Assembly: GCA_965651535.1 (NCBI GenBank)
Contig: CBFGSX010000002.1
Span: forward strand, 1-34,195
Source of the DNA: an uncultured Alphaproteobacteria bacterium
GTDB lineage: Bacteria; Pseudomonadota; Alphaproteobacteria; Micavibrionales; SZUA-601
Reading direction: 5' to 3'
Length of the DNA: 34,195 bases
The notes below the pieces were generated by a model. It was not told the origin of the DNA. It worked only from the letters and a program-made list of their open reading frames with translations, and did not search any database. A program made the translations under genes and the position numbers. The first letter of the stretch is position 1. The number at the start of each line of letters is the position of its first letter. Below are positions 1 through 7,561 of this stretch, one piece after another.

Positions 1-999
1 TTCGCCGGCCTGCACGTCGACATTGGTACGCGGGACAACCTGGGTGGTGCCGCCTTGTGAGAACGGCGTCGGTTGCGAGACTTGCGGCGTTTCGGTGATG
101 CGGATCGTCAGGTTGCCTTGTGCGATGGCGACCTCGGAGATGCGCACATCGCGGCCCATCACGATGGTGCCGGATTTCTCGTCGACGATCACCTTGGCGA
201 TGCTGTCGGGTGATACCTGAAGCTGTTCGACATCGGCCAGCAGGTCGAACATCTCGCCCTTGAAGCCTTTGGGCGCGGCCAGATGCACGGTTTTCGGATC
301 AGTGGCCACAGCGCTATCGGATTTCAGCGCGCGGTTGATCGTCATGGCGATGCGGCGCGCCGTAGTAAAATCGGGATTGCGCAGCGACAGGCGGACTTTC
401 TTCATGTCGTTGAGCGCAAAGTCGATCTCACGCTCGACGATCGCCCCATTGGCGATGCGTCCGGCCGTCGGCACGTTCTGGGTCACGCTGCCGGCATCGC
501 CGCCGGCGGAGAATGCGTTGGTGGTCACGGCGCCTTGCGCCACGGCGTAAACTTCGCCATCGGCGCCAAGCAACGGCGTCACCAGCAATGTCCCGCCGCG
601 CAGATCCTTGGCGTTGCCGAGAGCGGAAATATTGATATCGATGCGCGATCCTTGCGCCGAGAAGGGCGGCAGGGTTGCGGTCACCATCACGGCGGCGACG
701 TTTTCCGTCTTGAAGTTCTGGCCGCGCACGTTGACGCCTTGGCGTTCAAGCATGGCGATAAGGGATTGCTGCGTGAAGGGCGAGTTGCTGATGCTGTCGC
801 CGGTGCCGTTGAGGCCGACGACAAGACCATAACCCACCAACAGGTTGTCGCGCACGCCCTCGATGCTGACGATGTCCTTGATGCGGCTGGTCGCGGCGTG
901 CGACGGCAGAGCCACGATCATCAGCGCGCAGGCGATCAGGGCCAGATGGGCCATTTCGCGGAGGGTGCGGAGCAGGGCGCGTTTGGTTTTCAGCGTCAT
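1..999 (-). CDS. flgI: flagellar P-ring protein FlgI (C-terminal end cut by window edge)
   Basis: This gene is absent from the ORF track because it runs off the window. Reverse-strand translation from ATG 999 gives MTLKTKRALLRTLREMAHLALIACALMIVALPSHAATSRIKDIVSIEGVRDNLLVGYGLVVGLNGTGDSISNS..., which is a signal peptide plus the FlgI signature. The frame stays open to base 1 (...SQGGTTQVVPRTNVDVQAGE). An alternative start at Met16 is possible. Confidence 0.9.
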   Translation of the reverse strand, partial: MTLKTKRALLRTLREMAHLALIACALMIVALPSHAATSRIKDIVSIEGVRDNLLVGYGLVVGLNGTGDSISNSPFTQQSLIAMLERQGVNVRGQNFKTENVAAVMVTATLPPFSAQGSRIDINISALGNAKDLRGGTLLVTPLLGADGEVYAVAQGAVTTNAFSAGGDAGSVTQNVPTAGRIANGAIVEREIDFALNDMKKVRLSLRNPDFTTARRIAMTINRALKSDSAVATDPKTVHLAAPKGFKGEMFDLLADVEQLQVSPDSIAKVIVDEKSGTIVMGRDVRISEVAIAQGNLTIRITETPQVSQPTPFSQGGTTQVVPRTNVDVQAGE

Positions 1000-1040
1000 G
1001 GGATTATTCCTCGTAAAATCGGGTCTTCCGCCTTGGATAA

Positions 1041-1056
1041 TGCAAACCCCGTGCCA
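1041..1056 (-). promoter_or_regulatory. sigma-54 (-24/-12) promoter for flgI
   Basis: The minus strand reads TGGCAC-GGGGT-TTGCA, a full match to the TGGCAC-N5-TTGCW consensus. It lies 42 nt upstream of the flgI ATG. Confidence 0.7.
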
Positions 1057-1124
1057 AAGCCCCTTTCGGGGGCGGCAAATCTTGCCGATTGCATAAGGGG
1101 CCGAAATTTCGTTAAAATGGAGGT

Positions 1125-1541
1125 ATGAAAATTGAGGGGCCGAAACGCACCGACGCCGCCGGGAAAACCGGCAAGACCAAAAAGACCGGCAGCACGAGCG
1201 GGGCGTCTTTTAGCGAATTTTTAACGGAATCCGAAGGGGTTGAAAGCGCCAAGGCGGCCGCCCCGGTGACCAATGTCAGCCTTTATGTCGCCCTGCAAGC
1301 CGCTGAAACCGCCACCGAGCAGGAAAACCGCCGTCGCGCCGTCGCGCGCGCCGACGACCTTCTGGCCGAGCTGGACGAGCTGCGCGTCGGGCTAATCCTT
1401 GGCAATTATACCAAAACCCAGCTCGAGGGTTTGGCGCGCCGTGTGCGTCAGCAAAGGCTGAATATCGACGATCCGCAACTGCGCGCGCTTTTGGACGAGG
1501 TTGAATTGCGCGCCGCGGTCGAGCTGGCCAAATACGAATAA
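1125..1541 (+). CDS. fliX: flagellar assembly regulator FliX
   Basis: This is a 138-aa protein transcribed divergently from flgI, as in Caulobacter and other Alphaproteobacteria. Its C-terminus (DDPQLRALLDEVELRAAVELAKYE) and central RRRAVARADDLLAELDELRVGLILG resemble the FliX family. A GGAGG sits 3 nt before the ATG. Confidence 0.7.
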   Translation: MKIEGPKRTDAAGKTGKTKKTGSTSGASFSEFLTESEGVESAKAAAPVTNVSLYVALQAAETATEQENRRRAVARADDLLAELDELRVGLILGNYTKTQLEGLARRVRQQRLNIDDPQLRALLDEVELRAAVELAKYE

Positions 1542-1545
1542 CGGC

Positions 1546-1573
1546 TTGATATTCGTCAAAAAAGCAATACAAT
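1546..1573 (+). promoter_or_regulatory. sigma-70-like promoter upstream of dksA (TTGATA-N16-TACAAT)
   Basis: TTGATA at 1546-1551 and TACAAT at 1568-1573 are separated by a 16-nt spacer. The pair lies just after the fliX stop codon. This is a motif match only. Confidence 0.4.
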
Positions 1574-1614
1574 TTTCGGCAAGAATGACAAAGGCTCCGC
1601 AAAAGGAGGTTGCC

Positions 1615-2415
1615 GTGTCCGTGAAAAAGAAAGCATCTGCGAAAAAAGCCGCGAAAAAGCCTGTGAAAAAGCCCGTGAAAAAGAAAGCCGCGCCGAAAAA
1701 GGCACCGGCTAAGAAAACGGCAGCCAAAAAACCGGCCCCTAAAAAAGCGGCTCCTAAAAAGGCACCGGCTAAGAAAACAGCACCGCAAAAAGCTCCTGCG
1801 AAGAAAAAGGTTGTGAAATCAAAACCGAAATCGGGTGTGGCCAAGACCGCGAAAAAACCGCTTGCCTCGACATCGAAGTCCGGTGTAAAACCCGCTACCG
1901 CGAAAGGCAAACGTCAGCGCATTACCGTGATCAAGGCGCCGACGATTGTTGTTGCGAAACCCAGCTCATCTGTTGCGAAAAAAGCGATGTCAGCCGTTCT
2001 TGTCCCGCCGAAATACGAACCTTCCGACAAGGAAGAGTTTATGAATCCCGTCATGAAGGAATATTTCCGTCAGCGCCTTTTGGCATGGCGTGACGAATTG
2101 CTGCGTGAATCCGAGGAGACGCTGCACGTCCTTCAGGCCGAGGGTAACATGCAAAAGCCCGATATCACCGACCGCGCCTCCGAGGAGACGGATCTGGCGA
2201 TTGAGTTCCGCACCCGCGACCGCGAACGTAAGCTGCTCAACAAGATCAATGAAGCCATCGGCCGCATCGAGGATGGAACCTATGGCTATTGCGAGGAAAC
2301 GGGCGACCCGATCCCGGTTAAGCGCCTGATCGCGCGTCCGACGGCGACGATGACTCTCGAGGCCCAGGAATTGCACGAGCGCCGCGAACGCACCCAACGC
2401 GACCAGTGGGAATAA
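1615..2415 (+). CDS. dksA: DksA-family RNA polymerase-binding regulator with an N-terminal Lys/Ala/Pro-rich histone-H1-like extension
   Basis: The C-terminal ~140 aa match DksA: YEPSDKEEFMNPVMKEYFRQRLLAWRDELL, the tip motif PDITDRASEE, FRTRDRERKLL and YGYCEETGDPIPVKRLIARPTATMTLEA. The GTG at 1615 has AGGAGG (1604-1609) 5 nt upstream. An in-frame ATG at 1585 is the alternative start, but it would be nearly leaderless relative to the predicted promoter. Confidence 0.85.
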   Translation: MSVKKKASAKKAAKKPVKKPVKKKAAPKKAPAKKTAAKKPAPKKAAPKKAPAKKTAPQKAPAKKKVVKSKPKSGVAKTAKKPLASTSKSGVKPATAKGKRQRITVIKAPTIVVAKPSSSVAKKAMSAVLVPPKYEPSDKEEFMNPVMKEYFRQRLLAWRDELLRESEETLHVLQAEGNMQKPDITDRASEETDLAIEFRTRDRERKLLNKINEAIGRIEDGTYGYCEETGDPIPVKRLIARPTATMTLEAQELHERRERTQRDQWE

Positions 2416-2419
2416 TTTT

Positions 2420-2522
2420 ACCCCTCACCCGCTCGCGCTGACGCGCTTGCGACCTCTCCCTCAAGGGGAGAGGTTATTCTTTGGCTCCCTCTCCCCTTGA
2501 GGGAGAGGGTTGGGGTGAGGGG
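2420..2522. repeat. composite palindromic intergenic element (nested inverted repeats)
   Basis: The outer arms are ACCCCTCACCC (2420-2430) and GGGTGAGGGGT (2512-2522). The 21-nt CCTCTCCCTCAAGGGGAGAGG (2453-2473) is the exact reverse complement of 2488-2508, and each copy is itself a hairpin. Confidence 0.7.
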
Positions 2523-2525
2523 TGC

Positions 2526-2557
2526 TAAAAAATCCGGCGGGTTTTGAGGCCCGCCGG
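2526..2557 (-). terminator. rho-independent terminator after flgH (possibly bidirectional with dksA)
   Basis: A hairpin pairs CCGGCGGG (2534-2541) with CCCGCCGG (2550-2557). On the minus strand it is followed by ATTTTTTA (the complement of 2526-2533). Confidence 0.6.
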
Positions 2558-2601
2558 TTGCAAGTCTTGGATGGAAGAATCTCCGTTTTCAGACGAAGGG
2601 G

Positions 2602-3357
2602 TTAGAAGGGCAACAGGATGTCCATCACCTCGTTGCCGTAGCGCGGTTTGCTGACGTCGGTCAGCATACCCTGGCCGCCATAGATGATGCGGGCTTCGGC
2701 AATTTTCTCGTAGGTGATGCTGTTGGTGGTGTCGATGTCCTCGGGGCGGATCACGCCGGCGACTTCGAGGTCGCGGCGCTCATTGTTGACACGCACTTGT
2801 TGCTTCCCGTGGATGACGAGATTGCCGTTGGGTAAAACCTGCGTGATAACGGCGGCAACCTTGAGCTTGACCTCTTCCTCGCGTTCGATTTTACCGTTGC
2901 CGGCATTGTTCGTGGCCGAGTTGGTGCCGATGGCGTTCAGCGGGTTGAAAGCATCCGGCAGAACTCTGCCAAGCGTGTTCTCATGTCCAAGAAGGTTGGA
3001 AACGCCCATGTTTTCTGTGGCGGCGCGTGTTTTGGAGGTCTTGTTTTCCAGCGTCGCTTCGTCTCGGATCTCGACCAAAACCGTCAGGATGTCGCCCACG
3101 GTTCCGGCGCGCTGATCTTTGAAGAATCCCTTACGGCCGCTGGTCCATAGCGAATTGGCCTGTTTTATTTCAGGTTCTGCGGCGGGCATTGGCATGGAGA
3201 CGGGGCGATAGCCGGGGCGTTCGACGGGACTTTGAACGACCTCCATCTTTGGGTCCTTGCCGACTTCGTTGATGCGTTCAATCATTCCCGCGCAAGCTGT
3301 CAGGCTGAGCAGGAAGGCGACGCCAAGCAAAGTTTTGGTATAGGCTTCGATGTTCAT
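2602..3357 (-). CDS. flgH: flagellar L-ring lipoprotein FlgH
   Basis: MNIEAYTKTLLGVAFLLSLTAC contains a lipobox. FlgH-type motifs follow: SLWTSGRKGFFKDQRAGTVGDILTV and NGNLVIHGKQQVRVNNE. I chose ATG 3357 because GGAGAG lies upstream and it does not overlap flgA, unlike the track start at 3390. Confidence 0.9.
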   Translation of the reverse strand: MNIEAYTKTLLGVAFLLSLTACAGMIERINEVGKDPKMEVVQSPVERPGYRPVSMPMPAAEPEIKQANSLWTSGRKGFFKDQRAGTVGDILTVLVEIRDEATLENKTSKTRAATENMGVSNLLGHENTLGRVLPDAFNPLNAIGTNSATNNAGNGKIEREEEVKLKVAAVITQVLPNGNLVIHGKQQVRVNNERRDLEVAGVIRPEDIDTTNSITYEKIAEARIIYGGQGMLTDVSKPRYGNEVMDILLPF

Positions 3358-3373
3358 GTCATCTCTCCGTCGG

Positions 3374-4312
3374 TTATCCGTTGAAGGCATCGATTACGAT
3401 TTCGGCCTGTTGGGGGCCGGTGATACGGGCGTCAAACGGTTTCTTGCTGCTGATATTCATCAAGGTGACGGTGTCGCCGCGTGCGCCGTTCGCCAGAGCG
3501 CGTGCGCGCGTGCTGAGCATGACGGGGCCGTTACGATAGATTACCGTCACCAATTCGTTGCGCTTGACCATCAAAGGCGGCGTTAGCTCGGAAGCCAAAA
3601 CAGGCTGTCCGGGCTGGAGCGTGCGTTTGGGCGACAGGCCGACCAGCTCGTCGGCGGTCAAAACTGTGCCATGGCGCACCGTGCGACGCGGCACGTATTT
3701 TTCGACGATATCCGATGCCGTGATGACGGCATTGGGTGCAAGGGTGGAAACGGGAACGGGTACGCGCGTCATTGGCGTGGCCGTACCGGATACTGTAAAT
3801 TCCTGAATTTCTTTTCCATCGCGCAGGACTTTGACCGTGGCGGCAAAGCGTTCCGTGGCCGGATCGAAAGCGGGCTGCTCGACGGACAACTCGGGCAGGG
3901 CGCGCCCGGCGACAATAACGGGTTGTGCCGGTTCAAGAATGGAAAAGCTGGCCTCGCTGCTGATCTTGTCTTTGAGAGCGCTGTTTTCGAGCGCATGGAT
4001 AAGCGTTTCCGCATCGAGCGTCGTGGCATTGCGTTCCAGCGTGACGGTCACATCTTCCTCGGGTGCGCGCCATGAAAACCCGAAGGAATCCACCACGCGT
4101 TGCAGATCTTTTTTGCTCAGGACAAGCGTTTTACCCGGCGCGGGGGCCAGCGCCAAAGCGTGGCTGGCGTGCTCACCGGCATTGGTGAACAAATCGCCGA
4201 CGGTGACGGTCGGGCCGTCGATCAGCATTTTTCCGGTCAGCTTGACGTCGGCCGCCGAGACGGACGAGCTGACGACAAGCATTAAAAATCCGGCAAGATA
4301 ATCGCGTAACAT
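3374..4312 (-). CDS. flgA: flagellar basal-body P-ring formation chaperone FlgA
   Basis: It has a signal peptide (MLRDYLAGFLMLVVSSSVSAADV). Its C-terminal SAF/FlgA-like region reads VKRNELVTVIYRNGPVMLSTRARALANGARGDTVTLMN. It sits between flgG and flgH. Confidence 0.8.
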   Translation of the reverse strand: MLRDYLAGFLMLVVSSSVSAADVKLTGKMLIDGPTVTVGDLFTNAGEHASHALALAPAPGKTLVLSKKDLQRVVDSFGFSWRAPEEDVTVTLERNATTLDAETLIHALENSALKDKISSEASFSILEPAQPVIVAGRALPELSVEQPAFDPATERFAATVKVLRDGKEIQEFTVSGTATPMTRVPVPVSTLAPNAVITASDIVEKYVPRRTVRHGTVLTADELVGLSPKRTLQPGQPVLASELTPPLMVKRNELVTVIYRNGPVMLSTRARALANGARGDTVTLMNISSKKPFDARITGPQQAEIVIDAFNG

Positions 4313-4331
4313 TACTTAGCCCCTTTCACGT

Positions 4332-5117
4332 TTAGCGAAGATTGCTGATGGTTCCCATCATGTCGTCGCTGGTCTGGATGACCTTGGAGTTCATCTCATA
4401 GGCGCGCTGCGCCGTGATCATCCGGGTGATTTCGTTGACGATGTTGACGTTGGACAATTCCAATGCGCCCTGTTGCAGCGAGCCGAAGCCCTCTTCGTTG
4501 GGCGTTCCTTCCTCGGGCGTGCCCGAAGCTTCGGTTTCGAGATACAGGTTCTTGCCGATCGCTTCCAGGCCCGACGGGTTGATGAAGCGGACAATGTTGA
4601 TCTGGCCGATATTCTGCTCTTGAATCTGGTTGGCGATCTTGACCCAGACCTCGCCGTTGGCATTGACCGTGACTTTGGTCGCGTCGGCGGGAATAGTGAT
4701 GCCGGGATCGAGCTGATAGCCTTCTTTGGTGACGACAAGGCCGTCGGCATTCAAGCCAAAGGTGCCGTCGCGCGTATACGAAGTACTGCCATCGGGCAGT
4801 TGAACCTGAAAGAAGCCGTCGCCAACAATGGCTAGATCGAGCTGGTTGTCGGTAATGTCCATTGCGCCCTGGCTGTGGACGCGCGAGATGGCATCGAGAC
4901 GCACACCGGTACCCAGCTGCAAGCCGCTGGGCAGAATGGTTGCGGCATCCGAAGAGGTCGCGCCGGGGCGGCGAATATTTTGATAGAGCAGATCCTGGAA
5001 CTCGGCGCGCTGGCGCTTGTAGCCGGTCGTGCTCATGTTGGCGATGTTGTTCGAGATGGTCTCGACATTCATCTGTTGGGCATACATCCCGGTGGCGCCG
5101 ATGGAAAGGGAACGCAT
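4332..5117 (-). CDS. flgG: flagellar distal rod protein FlgG
   Basis: The N-terminus MRSLSIGATGMYAQQMNVETISNNIANMSTTGYKR and the C-terminus LELSNVNIVNEITRMITAQRAYEMNSKVIQTSDDM are the canonical rod-protein termini. Confidence 0.95.
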   Translation of the reverse strand: MRSLSIGATGMYAQQMNVETISNNIANMSTTGYKRQRAEFQDLLYQNIRRPGATSSDAATILPSGLQLGTGVRLDAISRVHSQGAMDITDNQLDLAIVGDGFFQVQLPDGSTSYTRDGTFGLNADGLVVTKEGYQLDPGITIPADATKVTVNANGEVWVKIANQIQEQNIGQINIVRFINPSGLEAIGKNLYLETEASGTPEEGTPNEEGFGSLQQGALELSNVNIVNEITRMITAQRAYEMNSKVIQTSDDMMGTISNLR

Positions 5118-5128
5118 GGCTTATCTCC

Positions 5129-5848
5129 TTAGGGTTTGCTCAATTGCTGGATCATGCTGCGCTTCATATCGTGTTCGGTTTGCAAGAGCCGTGCCACGGA
5201 TTGATAGCGGCGGGAAACTTCGATCATGTTCGTCATCTCGGATACGGCGTTGACGTTCGAGCCTTCGACTGCGCCTTGGACAACCTTGGTTTGATCGTCG
5301 GGGATCGCGTCCTGTTCGGTTTCAAACAGCGAATTGCCGACAGGGCGCATTTTTTGCGGGTTATCGAAGCGCACGACCTTTAGCCGGCCGATTTCCCCCT
5401 GATCGGTCGAGATGGCCCCGCGTTCGTCGATGATGATCTCGCGCGCATCGTTGGGGACAATGATGGGCTTGTCGCCGGCGTCGAGAACGATTTGTCCGGC
5501 GCTATTGACAAGCTGCCCGGCGAGGTTGACCTGAAAGTTACCGTTGCGCGTGTATTTGTTTGCGCCATCCTCGCCTTGAATAGCGATAAAGCCGTTGCCC
5601 TGCAAAGCCACGTCGAGCGGATTGCCGGTCTGGCGGATCGGGCCGGGGCTGAAATTCCGGTAATTGCCGTAATCGAGAGCCATCGAGACCGGCTCGGCGC
5701 GGCCCGGGTGAGAAATATGCTCGAGGAAGGTTGCGTGACCCGATTTATAACCATCGGTTTCCACATTCGCGATGTTGTTCGCGATGAGGTCCATTTTCCT
5801 CTGGAGGGCGACCTGATAGGACAGCCCGACATAGCTGATGTTTTCCAT
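5129..5848 (-). CDS. flgF: flagellar proximal rod protein FlgF
   Basis: MENISYVGLSYQVALQRKMDLIANNIANVETDGYK...VEGSNVNAVSEMTNMIEVSRRYQSVARLLQ is a rod-protein pattern. GGAGAAAAAGG lies immediately before ATG 5848. The longer track ORF (to 6343) is an upstream read-through artefact. Confidence 0.9.
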   Translation of the reverse strand: MENISYVGLSYQVALQRKMDLIANNIANVETDGYKSGHATFLEHISHPGRAEPVSMALDYGNYRNFSPGPIRQTGNPLDVALQGNGFIAIQGEDGANKYTRNGNFQVNLAGQLVNSAGQIVLDAGDKPIIVPNDAREIIIDERGAISTDQGEIGRLKVVRFDNPQKMRPVGNSLFETEQDAIPDDQTKVVQGAVEGSNVNAVSEMTNMIEVSRRYQSVARLLQTEHDMKRSMIQQLSKP

Positions 5849-5895
5849 CCTTTTTCTCCAATAAGGGCGGCCTTCTTGGGGGCCGGACGTAAATT

Positions 5896-5911
5896 TGCAA
5901 GAACCGTGCCA
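5896..5911 (-). promoter_or_regulatory. sigma-54 (-24/-12) promoter for flgF-flgG-flgA-flgH
   Basis: The minus strand reads TGGCAC-GGTTC-TTGCA. It lies 48 nt upstream of the flgF ATG. Confidence 0.75.
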
Positions 5912-5977
5912 AACCTCCCCCTTGTTTTTCAGACCACACAAGCGTATGTTTTCAGGGGTGGGATACGGAGCAAAACA

Positions 5978-6373
5978 TTGACAAAAAAGGGAAAAGCTAC
6001 CAAGGCCAGCCAGAGGATCGCCGAAGCGCTGCTGCGGCTGCGGGAGCGTTATAACCTGACCCAGCGCGATATCGCCGAAATGCTGGGGGTCAGCTTCCAG
6101 CAATACCAAAAATACGAAAAGGGCAAGGACAGGCTTTCGCTCGAGCGCGCCATGCGTCTGTGCGAGGTACTCAATATCCCGTTGGGGTTTTTCGCCGGGG
6201 CCGCAGCGGCCACGGGCTTTGCGGAAAGCGAACAGGAAGGCTTCGGCCCGGCCACGCCGATGGCCGAAGAGCGCGAGATTCTTGCCATTTATCGCGATAT
6301 CCCGAAAAAAGCGCGGCCCGACTTCCTTGAAGCTGTCCGGCAAATGGCTAAGATGATAGCCTCAAAGCGCTAG
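5978..6373 (+). CDS. XRE-family helix-turn-helix transcriptional regulator (PraR/PhrR-like)
   Basis: The HTH region reads LTQRDIAEMLGVSFQQYQKYEKGKDRLSLERAMRLCEVLNIPLGFF. There is no in-frame ATG before the HTH, so I propose the TTG at 5978, which has GGAG 7 nt upstream. This gives 131 aa. Confidence 0.75.
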   Translation: MTKKGKATKASQRIAEALLRLRERYNLTQRDIAEMLGVSFQQYQKYEKGKDRLSLERAMRLCEVLNIPLGFFAGAAAATGFAESEQEGFGPATPMAEEREILAIYRDIPKKARPDFLEAVRQMAKMIASKR

Positions 6374-6400
6374 AATCTTACCGTCAACCGGAAATCTCTC

Positions 6401-7561
6401 ATGTCTCGTTTTATTTTTGCCAGCGAATCCGTCGCCGAAGGCCACCCCGACAAGATTTGCGACCAACTGTCCGATACCATTTTGGATGCTTTCCTGAAAC
6501 AGGATCCCGAGCAGCGCGTCGCCGTGGAATGTCTGGCGACAACCAATTACGTTGTCGTGGCGGGCGAGGTCAAAGGCAGCGCCGCCTTGTCCAAGAAAGA
6601 CGTCGAAAATCTGGTGCGCGAAAAAGTGCGCGAGATCGGCTATGCACAGGAAGGTTTCGATTGGGAAAAACTGCATATTGAAAACCGCCTGCACGCGCAA
6701 TCCACGGATATCGCCATGGGCGTTGATGCCGGTGCCAGCAAGGAAGAAGGCGCGGGCGATCAGGGGATGATGTTCGGCTATGCTTGCGACGAGACGGATG
6801 CGTTGATGCCGGCGCCGATTCATTTTGCGCATAAAATTCTCAAAAATCTGGCCGATGACCGTAAATCCGGCAAGCTCGATATGCTCGGCCCCGACGCAAA
6901 AAGCCAGATCAGCCTGAGCTACGAGAACGGCAAGCCCATCGGCGCGCATTCCATCGTGCTGTCGACCCAGCACAAGGCCGGCGTGTCGCAGGAGGAAATC
7001 CGCGCCATCGTCACGCCCTATGTCGAGAATGTTTTGCCCAAGGGCTGGATGTGTGCGCCCGACCGCTTCTTCGTCAACCCGACAGGGCAGTTCATCATCG
7101 GCGGCCCCGACGGCGATACGGGGCTGACGGGGCGCAAGATCATCGTGGATACGTATGGCGGCGCGGCTCCGCATGGCGGCGGCGCGTTTTCGGGCAAAGA
7201 CCCGACGAAAGTAGACCGTTCCGCCGCCTATGCCGCGCGTTATATCGCCAAGAATATCGTGGCGGCGGGGCTGGCATCGCAATGCACTTTCCAGGTCGCC
7301 TATGCGATCGGCGTGGCGCGTCCCGTCTCGATGTTCGTCGACACGCATGGCTCGGGCAAGGTCGACGAGGGAAAATTGCTGAAACTCATCGGCGAGATGG
7401 TCGATTTGTCGCCCAAGGGCATCCGTACGCATCTGGGTCTCAACAAGCCGATTTATGCGCGCACGGCGGCCTATGGGCATTTCGGCCGCGCGCCCGAAAG
7501 CGATGGCGGTTTTTCGTGGGAAAAAACCGATCTGGCGGATGCGCTGAAAAGATACTTCTAG
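6401..7561 (+). CDS. metK: S-adenosylmethionine synthetase
   Basis: [53 protein letters not shown] and [19 protein letters not shown] are canonical MetK motifs. Confidence 0.97.
   Translation: MSRFIFASESVAEGHPDKICDQLSDTILDAFLKQDPEQRVAVECLATTNYVVVAGEVKGSAALSKKDVENLVREKVREIGYAQEGFDWEKLHIENRLHAQSTDIAMGVDAGASKEEGAGDQGMMFGYACDETDALMPAPIHFAHKILKNLADDRKSGKLDMLGPDAKSQISLSYENGKPIGAHSIVLSTQHKAGVSQEEIRAIVTPYVENVLPKGWMCAPDRFFVNPTGQFIIGGPDGDTGLTGRKIIVDTYGGAAPHGGGAFSGKDPTKVDRSAAYAARYIAKNIVAAGLASQCTFQVAYAIGVARPVSMFVDTHGSGKVDEGKLLKLIGEMVDLSPKGIRTHLGLNKPIYARTAAYGHFGRAPESDGGFSWEKTDLADALKRYF

Noticed and set aside
1073-1100. A possible sigma-54 promoter for fliX on the plus strand (GGCGGCAAATCTTGCC).
   Set aside because: The GG-to-GC spacing is off by one relative to GG-N10-GC, and the flanking bases do not fit TGGCAC/TTGCW.
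283-1128. A 281-aa plus-strand ORF, with smaller ones nested in it, covering the first kilobase.
   Set aside because: It lies antisense to a clear FlgI reading frame. The protein is Arg/Ala/Gly-rich with no recognisable motifs, which is a typical shadow ORF of high-GC DNA.
1276-1910. Two ~170-aa minus-strand ORFs rich in F, L, G and A, across the dksA 5' region.
   Set aside because: They are reverse-frame readings of the Lys/Ala/Pro coding repeat (AAG/GCC/CCG read backwards). There is no independent start or RBS support.
1615-1920. Periodic DNA repeats that might have been a CRISPR or VNTR-type array.
   Set aside because: The repeats are short, in frame (60-bp period) and embedded in one continuous coding frame. 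There is no repeat-spacer architecture and no cas genes are nearby.
5849-6343. The upstream extension of the flgF ORF (404 aa in the track).
   Set aside because: Rod-protein homology starts at MENISYVGLS (ATG 5848), which has a good RBS. The extension runs antisense through the XRE gene and the sigma-54 promoter.
6330-6400. A possible SAM riboswitch (SAM-II, SAM-V or SAM/SAH) in front of metK.
   Set aside because: Only 27 nt separate the XRE stop codon from the metK ATG. I could not see the characteristic pseudoknot or hairpin sequestering the RBS. A covariance-model scan would be needed to be sure.
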